Shown piece after piece: positions 26,290-37,809 of a stretch of DNA of 64,000 bases. Source of the stretch: Mobula birostris (taxonomy: Eukaryota); the NCBI RefSeq assembly GCF_030028105.1, contig NC_092397.1, positions 26,980,630-27,044,629 on the forward strand, given 5' to 3'. Below the pieces are notes generated by a model, which saw nothing but the letters and a program-made list of their open reading frames with translations, was not told the DNA's origin and did no database searches. The first letter of the stretch is position 1; each line of letters starts with the position of its first letter. The translations under genes and the position numbers were made by a program.

Positions 26290-29200
26290 AGTTCTACACT
26301 GGTTTGACTTTCCAATATGCACCACCTCACACTTAACTGTATTGAAATACATTTGCCACGCTGTGGCCCTCTTCCCGAAATGATCACGGTCCCCCTGTAA
26401 TCTGCGACAATCTTCTTCGCTATCAAGAACATTTGCTGATCATATGTAAATCAAATATACAAATAACAAATGCCGAGGCTCCAAACTCTGGCCCCTGCGG
26501 CTCACCGCTAATCACCAGCCTCCATTCTGTGAAACAAGCTTCAAGCACAACCCTCTGCTTCCTACCACCAAGACAACTTTGAATCCAGCTGACTCGCTCA
26601 CCCTGGATACAGTGGGGCCTAACCTTCCAGACCAGGCTGCCATGTGAGACTTTCTCCAAGGTCCATATAATATCACATCTACCTTTTTACCCTCCTGCAT
26701 CTTCAAAAGCTCAGAGATTCTCCAACCACAACTCCCTGTGCACAAAGCCCTTATGACACCTAATTTGCTATTCAAATGCTGGTACATCGTGACTCAGAAT
26801 CCTCTCCAGTAGCTTCCCCACTACTGATGTCAGACTGACCTGCATGTAGTTCCCGGCTTGTCCTTGCAAATGATGGAAAAACATTCGCCTCTTTCCATTC
26901 TCCAGGACTTTCATCAGTGGTTTCTACCTCCCGTGAAGTAATTGCTCAGGTCCGGAGGATTTATCCCCCACCTAATGCATTGTATGGCCCTCCATTCTCT
27001 GCACATCCACGTACCTATCTGGGAGACTCTTGGATGCCTGTATTGTTCATCAGGCAAGGTGGTGCTGGTGATACACGGTGACATCGTGAGGGCAGCTCAC
27101 AAAACATGTAGATACACTTCTTCTGAACTACTATCACTGCAAACTGCAGCCTGTAATTTCCATTTAAAGACATGTACTTATAAACCATTTGAAGAAATGA
27201 GCAATTTTCTGAGCTCTTTGTTGTCTCTGCAAACTTGACTCTTAGAAATGCAGGTATGGCACCTTGAAGTTCGAAGTTCAAATTCCAAAGTAAATGTTTT
27301 ATCAAAATACTGAACATATATGTCACCATGTACAAACCTGACATTTGTTTTCCTGTGGGCATAGTCAGTCAATCCAAGAAACTAACAGAATCAATGAAAG
27401 ACCGCACCCAACGAGATGGACAATCAACCAATGTGCAAATGACAACAAACTGTGCAAATACCAAAGGAAAAAAATCAGAAATAATAATAATAATTTAATA
27501 AGGAATAAACATCGAGAACATGAGATGAAAAGTCAGTGAAAGCAATTCCATAGATAGTGGGAACAGTTCAATGTTGGGATGAGTAAAGTTGAGTGAAGTT
27601 ATCCCAACATATTCACATGCCTTTTGTACACTGGCCGTGATCAGTGAATGTGGTTAGTATCAGAATCAAAATCAAGTTTATTAATATGAATATATGTCAT
27701 GAACTTTGTTGTCTTGCTACAGCAGTACACTGCAATTTATTAAAAAAAACAGTTAAAATAAGAACTATACATTAAACTAAACAGTGTAAAAAGAGGATCA
27801 GGGAGGGATGTGAGCCCGAAGATGAGAATGGGAAACATGATACCTGATCCATTCTTGCCTCTTTTACTCTTTTCATGTCTGAAAAATAAAACTTTTAGTA
27901 TCTTCTTTTATATCATTTCCCAGCTTACTTTTGCAATTCATCTGTTTCTCCAGGTTGCTATTGTAGTTGTCTTCTGTTGTTTTCTTAAGTTTCCTAATCC
28001 ATTAATTTTTGTGATATTGTATGCCCTCTCATGTTCTTTTATGCTGCCTTTGTCTTCTGTTGTTAGTGATATTTGCCTCATCCTCCCTTTCAAATACTGT
28101 TTCTGCTGAGGGATGAACTGATCCTGCATCCGTCAAATTACTCCTGGAAACTCAAGTTTTTCATACAAAGGTAATCTGCTTAATACTGGGGAATCAAAAT
28201 GCCCAACTGCTGTAAGCCTGTTCCCATTACCCCTCTGTGTGACTTACCAACATGTCTGGTCCATAATATCTCACCCTATCGGGAGACTGGCAGTATAATC
28301 CCATCAAAATCATCATACATCATTTTATTTAAAACCTCTACTTACAAGACCTTATCAAAACCCTCACTTATTACTGCAGTGTTGGTCTCCTTAATCAAAG
28401 ATGCAACACCCCCCACACCTGAGTCTGAGAGAAGTGAAATGTCTTTGAAGCATGATAACTGTGTCCTTGTTGACAACTTCCATGTTCAATATGTACTCCA
28501 GCATCTGTGTGGCAAAACCGTGACCCTCAGGTAGACTTTAAATGTTTCCCCTTCACCTTAAACAATTATCCTGTAGTCTTACACTCCCCTACCTTCACAC
28601 ATAGACTGGTCACCCAATGATTTTATAAACCTCTGAATGGTCACAGCTTCTTATCATCTAGGGAGAGAAAGAGAGTCCCAGCCTATCCAAGCTTCTGCTA
28701 ATAATTCAAGGCCTCCAGAGTCAGTGACATCCTCATTAAACTTCCCTCCACACTGTCCAGCTTTGTGACATCCTTCCTGCAAATGGGTGAGCAGAACTGT
28801 GCACAATACAGTGTGGTCTCACTTTGACTTTTACAGTTGCCATATGACATCCCAAATTCTCTACTCAATTCCCTGACCAATGAAGACAAATAGGACAAAC
28901 ACCATCTTCACCATCCTGACTACCTGTGTTGTCACTTTCAGTGAATGATGTTCCTGTATTCCATGGTCTTTCTGTTCTGTAATACTCTCCAAGGGACAAT
29001 AATTTACTGTGCACGTCCTTCCCTGGTTGAACTTCTCATAATGCAACACCTCAGCCTTGTCCATGTCAACATCCTTCTGCCATTCTTTGGCCAACTTCCC
29101 CAGTTCATCTCGATCCCATTGTACTCTCAGATAATCTTCACTGTCCACTCTACCACCAATGTTGTTGTCACCTGCAAACTCACTAATCACTTTAACAACA

Positions 29201-29335
29201 ATGTCAGAGAAATTTTTAACATACATGACAAATGACAGTACCAGCACCGATCCCTGTGAATGTGACTGGTCAGAGGCCTCCAACCTGAATAACAAGCTGC
29301 CACGACCACCCTCTGTCTCATTCCACCAAATCAAT
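26290..29335 (-). mobile_element. Multiple old CR1/LINE remnants
   Basis: Scattered RT motifs (PQGPE, QGSVL, CAQFCSP). Confidence 0.6.
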
Positions 29336-29960
29336 TTTGTGACGCTGATGTTAGGTAGTGTTGATAGTCCAGTTGGAAATCAGTTAGTGGAGAGGAGGAA
29401 GCTGTTCCTAAAACATTACGTGTGTGTTCAGGTTCCTGTACCTCTTCTCCAATGGTAATAATAAAAAGCGGGCACATCCTGGATGGTCCAGAGAGCAGAG
29501 CAGATACAGACCTGACATGGGAGGTTTGAAGGGGAAAGTGAATCCATTTCATGGGACTGGTGAAGCAGATTGACTTGGAGAATTGATCAACAGGAGACAT
29601 GGCCTTTCAGGAGAGCAGCAGCAGCCGGGTCTGTGATTCTGATGTACGGCAGGGGAGGGTGGAGACAAAGAGATCTGTAAGCACTGGATTACTCCTGATG
29701 CCAAGTGCTGGTAAGGACGGGGCAGGTGGATGTGAGGATGAGGAGCTGGTACAGGAGAACAGGTTCAGGTTTCCAGCCACTGGGATCTCTGCTGGGGCAG
29801 AGGTGACCTGTAGAAGTGGGACAGGCTGCACTTGAACCAGCCGTGTCAAATATGGGCAGATTTGTTCATGTGTCGCAGGAGGATTGAAATGATTCATCAG
29901 TGGGTTGGCAACCAAAATAGTGGTGTGGCAGATGATAGCCCTTTACTCTGCCATGATAGT

Positions 29961-30202
29961 GGCTCCTAAAAGAGCCTTTTGTTGTGTTTAGTGCCAAGGC
30001 CGGGTTCAGGCGGGCTCCCCGCAGAAGCACCGAGCCAGCTGGATGGTAACTTACTCGGTGTGGATGGCGCACAGGTTAGTGTCCTCGAAGAGCCCCACCA
30101 GGTAAGCCTCGCTCGCCTCCTGCAGGGCCATGACGGCCGAGCTCTGGAAACACAGATGGGTTTGGAAGTGCTGAGCGATCTCCCGCACCAGGTGCTGGAA
30201 AG
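29961..30202 (-). pseudogene. H3: 5'-truncated histone H3 pseudogene with stem-loop
   Basis: Minus strand reads [63 protein letters not shown]: an in-frame stop and 5 codons missing; stem-loop GGCTCTTTTAGGAGCC at 29961-29976; 5' half replaced by a LINE. Confidence 0.93.
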
Positions 30203-30204
30203 CC

Positions 30205-30930
30205 GAGGATCCAGCTGCACAAGGAGGGACAGAGGCCTAGGTTCTGTAGCTATTTTATCAGGATGAGGAATGATGGTGTTAAATGCTGGGCTCTAGTCAA
30301 TATACAGCATCCTGACATAGGTATTTGTATTGCCCAGGTGCTCCAGTGCTGTGTGGAGAGCCACTGAGATCACATCTACCGCAAACATATTGTGGCGAGA
30401 GGCAAATTGCAGTGGGTCCTGGTCCTTCCTGGGACAGGTGTTCATTCTATCCATGACCAACCTCTCAAAGCATTTCATAACTGGAGATGTGAGTGCGACT
30501 GGACAATAGTCGTTAAGGCAGCTTACACTGACCTTCTTGGGTTCGGGAGCAGTTGTTGCCCTTTTGAAGCAGGTCAGAACTTTTGACTGCAGCAGTGAGA
30601 GATTGAAAATGTCTTTGACCACTTCCAGCAGTTGGTAGGCACAGGTTTTCAGAGCCTTACCAGGTACTCCATTGGGCCCTGCTGCCCGGCGAGGGTTCAG
30701 CCTCTTGAAAGACAGCCTGATGTCGGCCTCCAAGACAGAGATCACAGGGTCATCAGGCGCTGCACGTATCCTCATAGCTGTGGCTTTATTCTTCCTCTGA
30801 AAGTGAGCATAAAAGGGGTTGAGCTGGTCTGGTTGTGAAGCCTCACTGCCATTCATGATGTTGGGTTTGCTTTGTAGGAAATAATGGCTGCAACCACTGC
30901 CAGAGTTGACGTGCATCTGATGCAGGGAAC
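30205..30930 (-). mobile_element. Rex1/Babar-like LINE RT fragment
   Basis: AAGPNGVPG, NDYCPVALTSPVMKCFERL, DPLQFA. Confidence 0.85.
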
Positions 30931-31007
30931 ATCTGGAATTCTTTACCCGGTGGGCATGAGGTCTGGATGAATGGACGGGTTTAAAGAGGAAGGGGTGGCA
31001 CAGGAGC

Positions 31008-31078
31008 ATCGTGGTCAGCGCAGTGGTGACAGTACCAGCGACCTGGGTTTAATTCCCACCGTTGTCTGTCAGGAGAGC
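31008..31078 (+). mobile_element. tRNA-derived SINE head fragment
   Basis: A-box-like (AGCGCAGTGG) and B-box-like (GGTTTAATTCC) motifs; does not fold as a cloverleaf. Confidence 0.4.
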
Positions 31079-31226
31079 GGTTCGCATCTGGAATTCACTG
31101 CCTGCAGGGGTTGTGGGAATAAACAAACAGGACGTTCAAAGCCGAATTTGTCAGATCCTGCAGAGTCAGGTATACTGGTTCCAAACCCTCCCCTCACCTC
31201 CCAGCAATGTTTAAAGTCCATGGTAG

Positions 31227-31352
31227 ACAAGGTTAGTTTGTGTAATAAAGACACTCTTCAGTAAAAACACTGACACTGTATTTCAAACACACTGAGCTGC
31301 CAGAGCACAGCACCAGCCGTGAGGACACAGACCAGTACAGCACACAGCTCTC
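31227..31352 (-). other. Conserved ~125-nt non-coding element, copy C
   Basis: Clearly alignable to copy A but with unrelated flanks, and outside the duplicated arms. Confidence 0.75.
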
Positions 31353-31406
31353 CAATAGAGATTTAATAAAACACAATACTGACAGCCCAGAGCTGGACAA
31401 CCCAGC

Positions 31407-31594
31407 ATTTCACTGTAACTCTGACCTATAAACATCATTACCCCATCTACAGTATTTCACTGTAACTCTGACCTATAAACATCATTACCCCATCTACAGT
31501 ATTTCACTGTAACTCTGACCTATAAACATCATTACTCCATCTACAGTATTTCACTGTAACTCTGACCTATAAACATCATTACCTCATCTACAGT
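31407..31594 (+). repeat. Minisatellite, 4 x 47 bp
   Basis: ATTTCACTGTAACTCTGACCTATAAACATCATTACCCCATCTACAGT repeated four times, with single substitutions in units 3 and 4. Confidence 0.97.
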
Positions 31595-33281
31595 ACACAC
31601 TTCATAATTTTGTATACCTCTATCTAATCTTGCAACAATATTCTGCATTCCAAGAAATAAAATCCTAACCTATTTGATCTTTCCAGAGAACTCAGGTCCT
31701 TAAGTCCCAGGAACATCCTTGTAAATTTTCTCTGTACTCTTTCAAGCTTATTTACATCTTTCTTGTGGGTAGGTAAACAAAACTGCACACAATACTCCAA
31801 ATTAGGAGTCACCAATGTCTTACACAACTTCAACATAACATCCATCTCCTGCACTTTGCCCTTTGTAAATCGAAGTACCATGTGCCTAAACTTTCTTTTT
31901 GACTTCATCTATCTGTGATACCACTTACTAGGAATTATGAATCTGTACTTCCAGATCCCTCAGCTTTAATGCACTTTTCAGTGCCCGACTGCTCACCGTG
32001 TAAGACCTACCCTGGTTTGTCCTCCAAAAATGCAACACCTCATCCTTGTCAGCATTAAATTCCAGCTGCTCCAGATCACAGTGCAAGCTTTGAGCATCTT
32101 CCTCACTGTTCATTATACCTCCAATCCTGGTGTCATACAGAAAATTGTTGTCCCAGTTCACCACATTGTCATCTATATCAAAGATCTGGATGATAAACAA
32201 TGGACTCAGACTGATTCCTGTGGCACATCACCAGTCACAGGCCTCCCGTCAGAGAAGCAATCATCTACAACCACTCTCGAACCTAACACTTAATCCAATT
32301 TACTACCTCATCTTGATGCTGAATGACTGAACTTTCTTGACCAAGAACCCATGTGAGACCTTGTCAAAGGCGTTGCTGAAGCCCATGTAGGCTACATCCA
32401 CTGTCTTGCAGTCATCAACTTTCCTAGTAACTTCCTCAAAAAAACTCTACAAGAGTAGTTAGACATGACGTACCATATACAAAACTATATTAACTATTCC
32501 CAATCAGTCCCTGTCTATCCAAATAATTATATCTATGGTTGTTATATCTAGAGTTTATGTCTGGATCCAGAGCAAGTGGGCAAGGGACTAAACCAGTACT
32601 TCACATCAGTATTCATCAATGTGGTCATCGAGGATAGTGAGATCAGAGAAGGGAGTGATGCTGATATTCCAGGGCATGTTGTTCCTCAGGCAATAGAGAC
32701 AAACCAGGAAATGATAGACTGGTGAGATTTGGATCAATGCTCGGGAAATACTCTTAGACGTAGGACCTCTCATAAAAGTTTGGAGGGTAAAATGAGGATA
32801 TCAGGATTTGGAAGGCAAAGTGAGCAAAATCCCAAGAGATTCTCTCGGTATATTCATAGGAAAAGGGAAGTTAGATGGAAAATCATTCCCCATGGAGATG
32901 AACATGGCCTCGGTATGTGGAACCGAAGGAAATAGGAGAGGCTTTCCATGAATATTTCCAACAGTTATCTCACCATTGAGAAAATGCGGAAGCTAAGGAA
33001 GTGACAGAAATGAGCTGCGATGTCTTAGACCACATTCAAATGGGCAGGGATCTGTATTTGAGGTCTTAAGATTCATTAAGGTTGTTAAATCTCCAGGGTC
33101 TTATCAGGTACATTCTCGTACTTTGTGGGAAGCTAGAGAATACACTGTGGGGGCCAGGGGAGAGAGGGGACATATTCAGCCAGATGGGATCAGTTGTGGT
33201 CAGTGCAGACACTGTGGGCTGAAGGGCCTTTCCCTGTGCCGGACTGTCCCACGTGTGTTGTGTGTTGAAACTCAGACGGAC

Positions 33282-33920
33282 ACTCACTGTTACCGGTCGG
33301 CAGGCAGGAAGAGAAGAAGCCGGTGTTCACAGTGGAGACGCAGTCAGGTCCACCAGTCCGCTCCCACATCCACATGGCAATGGCAGAGAACAAGGAGCAG
33401 CTCGTCTCATCACCTCTGTGGCCCATTCCATCACCTGTCATTCTTCCAAAGGGCAGCAAGTTCAGACCGACCCTTCAGTTCAGTCGCTGCCGCCCCGCCG
33501 GGGGGAGGAAGCCTCACCTCCACCCCGGACCCAGGGCGCTCCCCCTCCCCCCTCCGCGGCCCGTTGCCGAGGCAACGAGTCTCACGCTCCATGTGCTTCT
33601 CTGTGACGTCACAAGCAGCGACTCGGCAACGGGACGGGAAGGCAGCGGCCCAGGAGGCGGAGCAGAGTGAGCTGTCAATCAGAGGAGCCGCTGGTAAAGC
33701 TGCAAATCGGTCAATGTACTCTTCATGAAAAAGACCCGATCAGCGGGGGAAACCTCAAGTCGACCCCGGGTCCAGGGCCCTACCCGACCCTGGGGACTTT
33801 TCCAAGACTGCACTCTGGCTCTTGGACGTGTTTCCGCAAGATGCTGTCCTGTCACGTGACATCGCGGCCGCAGCCCGGGAGGAGGAGCGATGTAGCTGTC
33901 AATCAGAGGAGCGGCCCCGG
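33282..33920 (-). promoter_or_regulatory. CpG island promoter / putative first exon, copy C, with two tandem modules
   Basis: TGATTGACAG at 33672-33681 and 33896-33905 (-), GTCACGTGAC 33851-33860, TGACGTCA 33604-33611, RFX-like GTTGCCGAGGCAAC 33563-33576, donor AACA|GTGAGT at 33288/33287. Confidence 0.7.
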
Positions 33921-34750
33921 GCCGTCACTGTGCTCGGAGGGATTTTGGCGTCAAACCTGTAACTGGAGGGAAAATGAACCTCTTGTAAACGAAAACAATA
34001 AAGATGTGGAAAATGGAAATGAGCGAGGTACAGTATAAAACTAAACAGAAGGGAAAGCTAATGCTGAGATGTTTAGTATGAATCAATTTCAGACATTCCA
34101 CCCTGCAAAAACTCATTTCAGAGAAATAGCATCACCATTTCAGGATTTCAGGGAGGTAGCACCGGCTCCGCTCCTCCAGCAAGCCCATATCCCCCCCCCC
34201 ACCCTCGGTCGACCTCCTAGGGCGCATGTATACGGGACATTTGATTATGAAAGAACACAACAATTTGACACATATAGTAACTATTTACACACATACACAT
34301 ATATTATATATGTATATATACATACACATATTCCTTGTTGAGTATTTTGCTGGCAATCTCAATGCTAATGCAAATAACTTTTCTATTTCTTTTGCAAACT
34401 TTCCTTGTACTGTGATGTGGCTCTGCTGAAAAGAACTGTGAAATACTTGAGCAGCCTTCCCTGCAATTAGCCTCCCTAATATGTTATGGTCCCTAAAAAA
34501 AAGCATAAGGTGTATCCTTATTATATTGTCTTATGTAATACTTTGTTTAGTGATTTTGTCTAATCTGTAAACTGGGTATCTGCAGAAAATGTGACATTAA
34601 AATATGTACTTATAGATTATCATGGAGTCATTTTTTTATTCTATTACAACTTTAAGCACGTGTACAGGGAGTCTGGCCTCGTCACATAGGACATCAATAG
34701 AGTAGCTCTTTAGCAGCTAGCCAGCTAGTTTAGATAACATTAGTTATGCT

Positions 34751-35358
34751 ACAGGAGCAGGGAGGTACTACTGCAGTTGTACAAGGCCTTAGTGAGACCA
34801 CACCTGGAGTATTGTGTGCAGTTTTGGTCCCCTAATCTGAGGAAAGACATCCTTGCCATAGAGGGAGTACAAAGAAGGTTCGCCAGATTGATTCCTGGGA
34901 TGGCAGGACTTTCATATGATGAAAGACTGGATCGGCTAGGCTTATACCCTCGGGAATTTAGAAGATTGAGGGGGGATCTGATTGAAATGTATAAAATTCT
35001 AAAGGGATTGGACAGGCTAGATGCAGGGAGATTGTTCCCGATGTTGGGGAAGTCCAGAATGAGGGGTCACAGTTTGAGGATAAAGGGGAAGCCTTTTAGG
35101 ACCGAGATGAGGAAAAACTTCTTCACACAGAGAGTGGTGAATCTGTGGAATTCTCTGCTACAGGAAACAGTTGAGGTCAGTTCATTAGCTATATTTAAGA
35201 GGGAGTTAGATATGGCCTTTGTGGCTAAAGGGATCAAGGGGTATCGAGAGAAGGCAGGTACAGATTTCTGAGTTGGATGATCAGCCATGATCATACTGAA
35301 TGGCGGTGCAGGCTTGAAGGGCCGAATGGACTACTCCTGCACCTATTTTCTATGTTTC
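34751..35358 (+). mobile_element. Young CR1 3' fragment
   Basis: Open 164-aa C-terminal ORF2 segment and TTCTATGTTTC tail. Confidence 0.92.
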
Positions 35359-35633
35359 GAATGAACGAATGATGCCTGTTAAACTCACCTCAACATGCCT
35401 TTTACAGTCTTAACCCACCATGGGCAATAGAAAAGTCATTGTTGCAAACAGGGCAGCGAGCAACACTGTTGTTATTTTTGACCTCTATTAGGCAGGAGTA
35501 CACTTTAATGTAGTCTGCAGTGATGTAAGTTTTATATTTTCTTTTATTGAAACACTTTGCCATGGCGGTGCAGGACACGAAACTGAACTGATGGAGAGAC
35601 AGAGGTCGACTGTAAAGCCCACCCACAGAGAAA

Positions 35634-37321
35634 TTGGATGTCCAGTCCCTATATACTTCCATCCCCCATCAGGAAGGTCTCAAAGCTCTCCGCTTCTTTT
35701 TGGATTCCAGACCTAACCAGTTCCCCTCTACCACCACTCTGCTCCGTCTAGCGGAATTAGTCCTTACTCTCAATAATTTCTCCTTTGGTTCCTCCCACTT
35801 CCTCCAAACTAAAGGTGTAGCCATGGGCACCCGTATGGGTCCTAGCTATGCCTGCCTTTTTGTTGGCTTTGTGGAACAATCTATGTTCCAAACCTATTCT
35901 GGTATCTGTCCCCCACTTTTCCTTCGCCACATTTATGACTGCATTGGCGCTGCTTCCCGCACGCATACTGAGCTTGTTGACTTCCTCAACTTTGTCTCTA
36001 TCTCTGGAGACAGCTTATCTACTGATGTCTACTATAAGCCAACTGACTCTCACAGCTATCTGGACTATTCCTCTTCTCACCCTGTCCCTTGCAAAAACGC
36101 CATCCCCTTCTCGCAATTCCTCCGTCTCCGCCGCATCTGCTCTCAGGATGAGGCTTTTCATTCTAGGACAAGGGAGATGTCTTCCTTTTTTAAAGAAAGG
36201 GGCTTCCCTTCCTCCACCATCAACTCGGCTCTCAAACGCCTCTCCCCCATTTCACGCACATCTGCTCTCACTCCATCCTCCCACCCCCCCCCACTAGGAA
36301 TAGGGTTCTCCTTGTCCTCACCTACCACCCCACCAACCCGAGTCCAACATATAATTCTCCTTAACTTCCGCCACCTCCGACTGGATTCCACCACTAAGCA
36401 CATCTTTCCCTCCTCCCCTCCACCAGGGATCGCTTCCTACGTGACTCCGTTGCCCATTCATCCCCCCATCCCTCCCCTCTGAACTCCCTCCTGGCACTTA
36501 TCCTTGTAAGTAGAACAAGTGCTACACATGCCCTTACACTTCCTCCCTTACCACCATTCAGGGCCCCAGACAGTCCTTCCAGGTGAGGCGACACTTCACC
36601 TGTGAGTCAGCTGGGGTGATGTACTGCGTCCGGTGCTCCCGATGTGGCCTTTTATATATTGGCGAGACCCGACGCAGACTGGGAGATTGTTTCGCTGAAC
36701 ACCTACGCTCTGTCCGCCAGAGAAAGCAGGATCTCCCAGTGGCCACACATTTTAATTCCACGTCTCATTCCCATTCTGACATGTCTATACACGGCCCCCT
36801 CTACTGTCAAGATGAAGCCACACTCAGGTTGGAGGAACAACACCTTGTATTCTGTCTGGGTAGCCTCCAACCTGATGGCATGAACATCGACTTCTCTAAC
36901 TTCCTCTAATGTCCCACCTTCCACGTGTACCCCATCCGTTATTTTTTTATATATACACATTCTTTTTCTCCCTCCGTCCCCCTCACTATCCCCCTTGCCC
37001 ATCCTCTGGTTTCCGCCCTCCCCCTTTTCTTTCTCCCTGGGCCTCCTGTCCCATGATCCTCTCATATCCCTTCTGCCAATCAACTGTCCAGCTCTTGGCT
37101 CCATCCCTCCCCCTCCCATCTTCTCCTATCATTTCAGATCTCCCCCTCCCCCTTTCAAATCTCTTACTAGCTCTTCTTTCACTTTGTCCTGACAAAGGAT
37201 CTCGGCCCGAAACATCGACTGTATCTCTTCCTAGAGATGCTGCCTGGCCTGCTGTGTTCACCAGCAACTTTTATGTGTGTTGCTTGAAATTCCAGCATCT
37301 GCAGATTTCCTCGTGTTAATG
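35634..37321 (+). mobile_element. Penelope-like retroelement (RT + GIY-YIG endonuclease), 5'-truncated
   Basis: DVQSLYTSIP, QTKGVAMGTRMGPSYA and YCVRCSRCGLLYIGETRRRL motifs; flanked by an 11-bp duplication CCACAGAGAAA (35623-35633, 37322-37332). Confidence 0.92.
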
Positions 37322-37809
37322 CCACAGAGAAAACTGATAGATCTATTTCGCACAAGGAGAGACCAATCAGAATGCTCGCTCCCACTGTCCCTCTCATTTC
37401 CAGGATATTGTATATAATTTGCGGGCATCAGGGAGCCACTATTAATATGCGGGAGACTCCCAGAATTTCCGGCAGAGGTAGGATGCCTGCAACTGATTGC
37501 TGAGAATTTTAGCTTCATCGGTAAAGCACCGTGAGTCTAGGAGATGGTGCGAGAGTCAATGGCAGAAAATAAAGAGATAGTAGATTAACAAAGAGATGTC
37601 AGGCATCCGTTTGATAATATTTGGTTTCGCACACCACTGCATACTGGGTGCTGTTCTGATGGGCACACTATAGGACGAACATGATTGCTCTGTAATCTGT
37701 GACCTGGTGCTCTCGTCCCCATCCCCCTGCCAATCCCCGGGAGCAGAATGAACCTGCCGGACAGTGTAGAGCAGGTTTACCAATTGTTGTCTGGGATGGA
37801 GCTCTTCCG

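Larger units (their letters stand above)
34090..37489 (-). mobile_element. hAT-like DNA transposon remnant hosting nested CR1 and Penelope insertions
   Basis: Imperfect TIRs (CAGACATTCCACC / CAGGCATCCTACC); zinc-finger-like remnant ARCPVCNNDFSIAHGG at 35402-35560; no clear target-site duplication. Confidence 0.5.

Noticed and set aside
31008-31078. tRNA gene
   Set aside because: A/B-box-like motifs are present but there is no acceptor stem or cloverleaf; better explained as a SINE head.
31407-31594. CRISPR-like array
   Set aside because: The units are contiguous with no unique spacers; eukaryotic context and no cas genes.
33123-34038. 201-aa and other ORFs over the CpG island
   Set aside because: No recognisable domain, mostly non-ATG starts, and expected by chance in GC-rich DNA.
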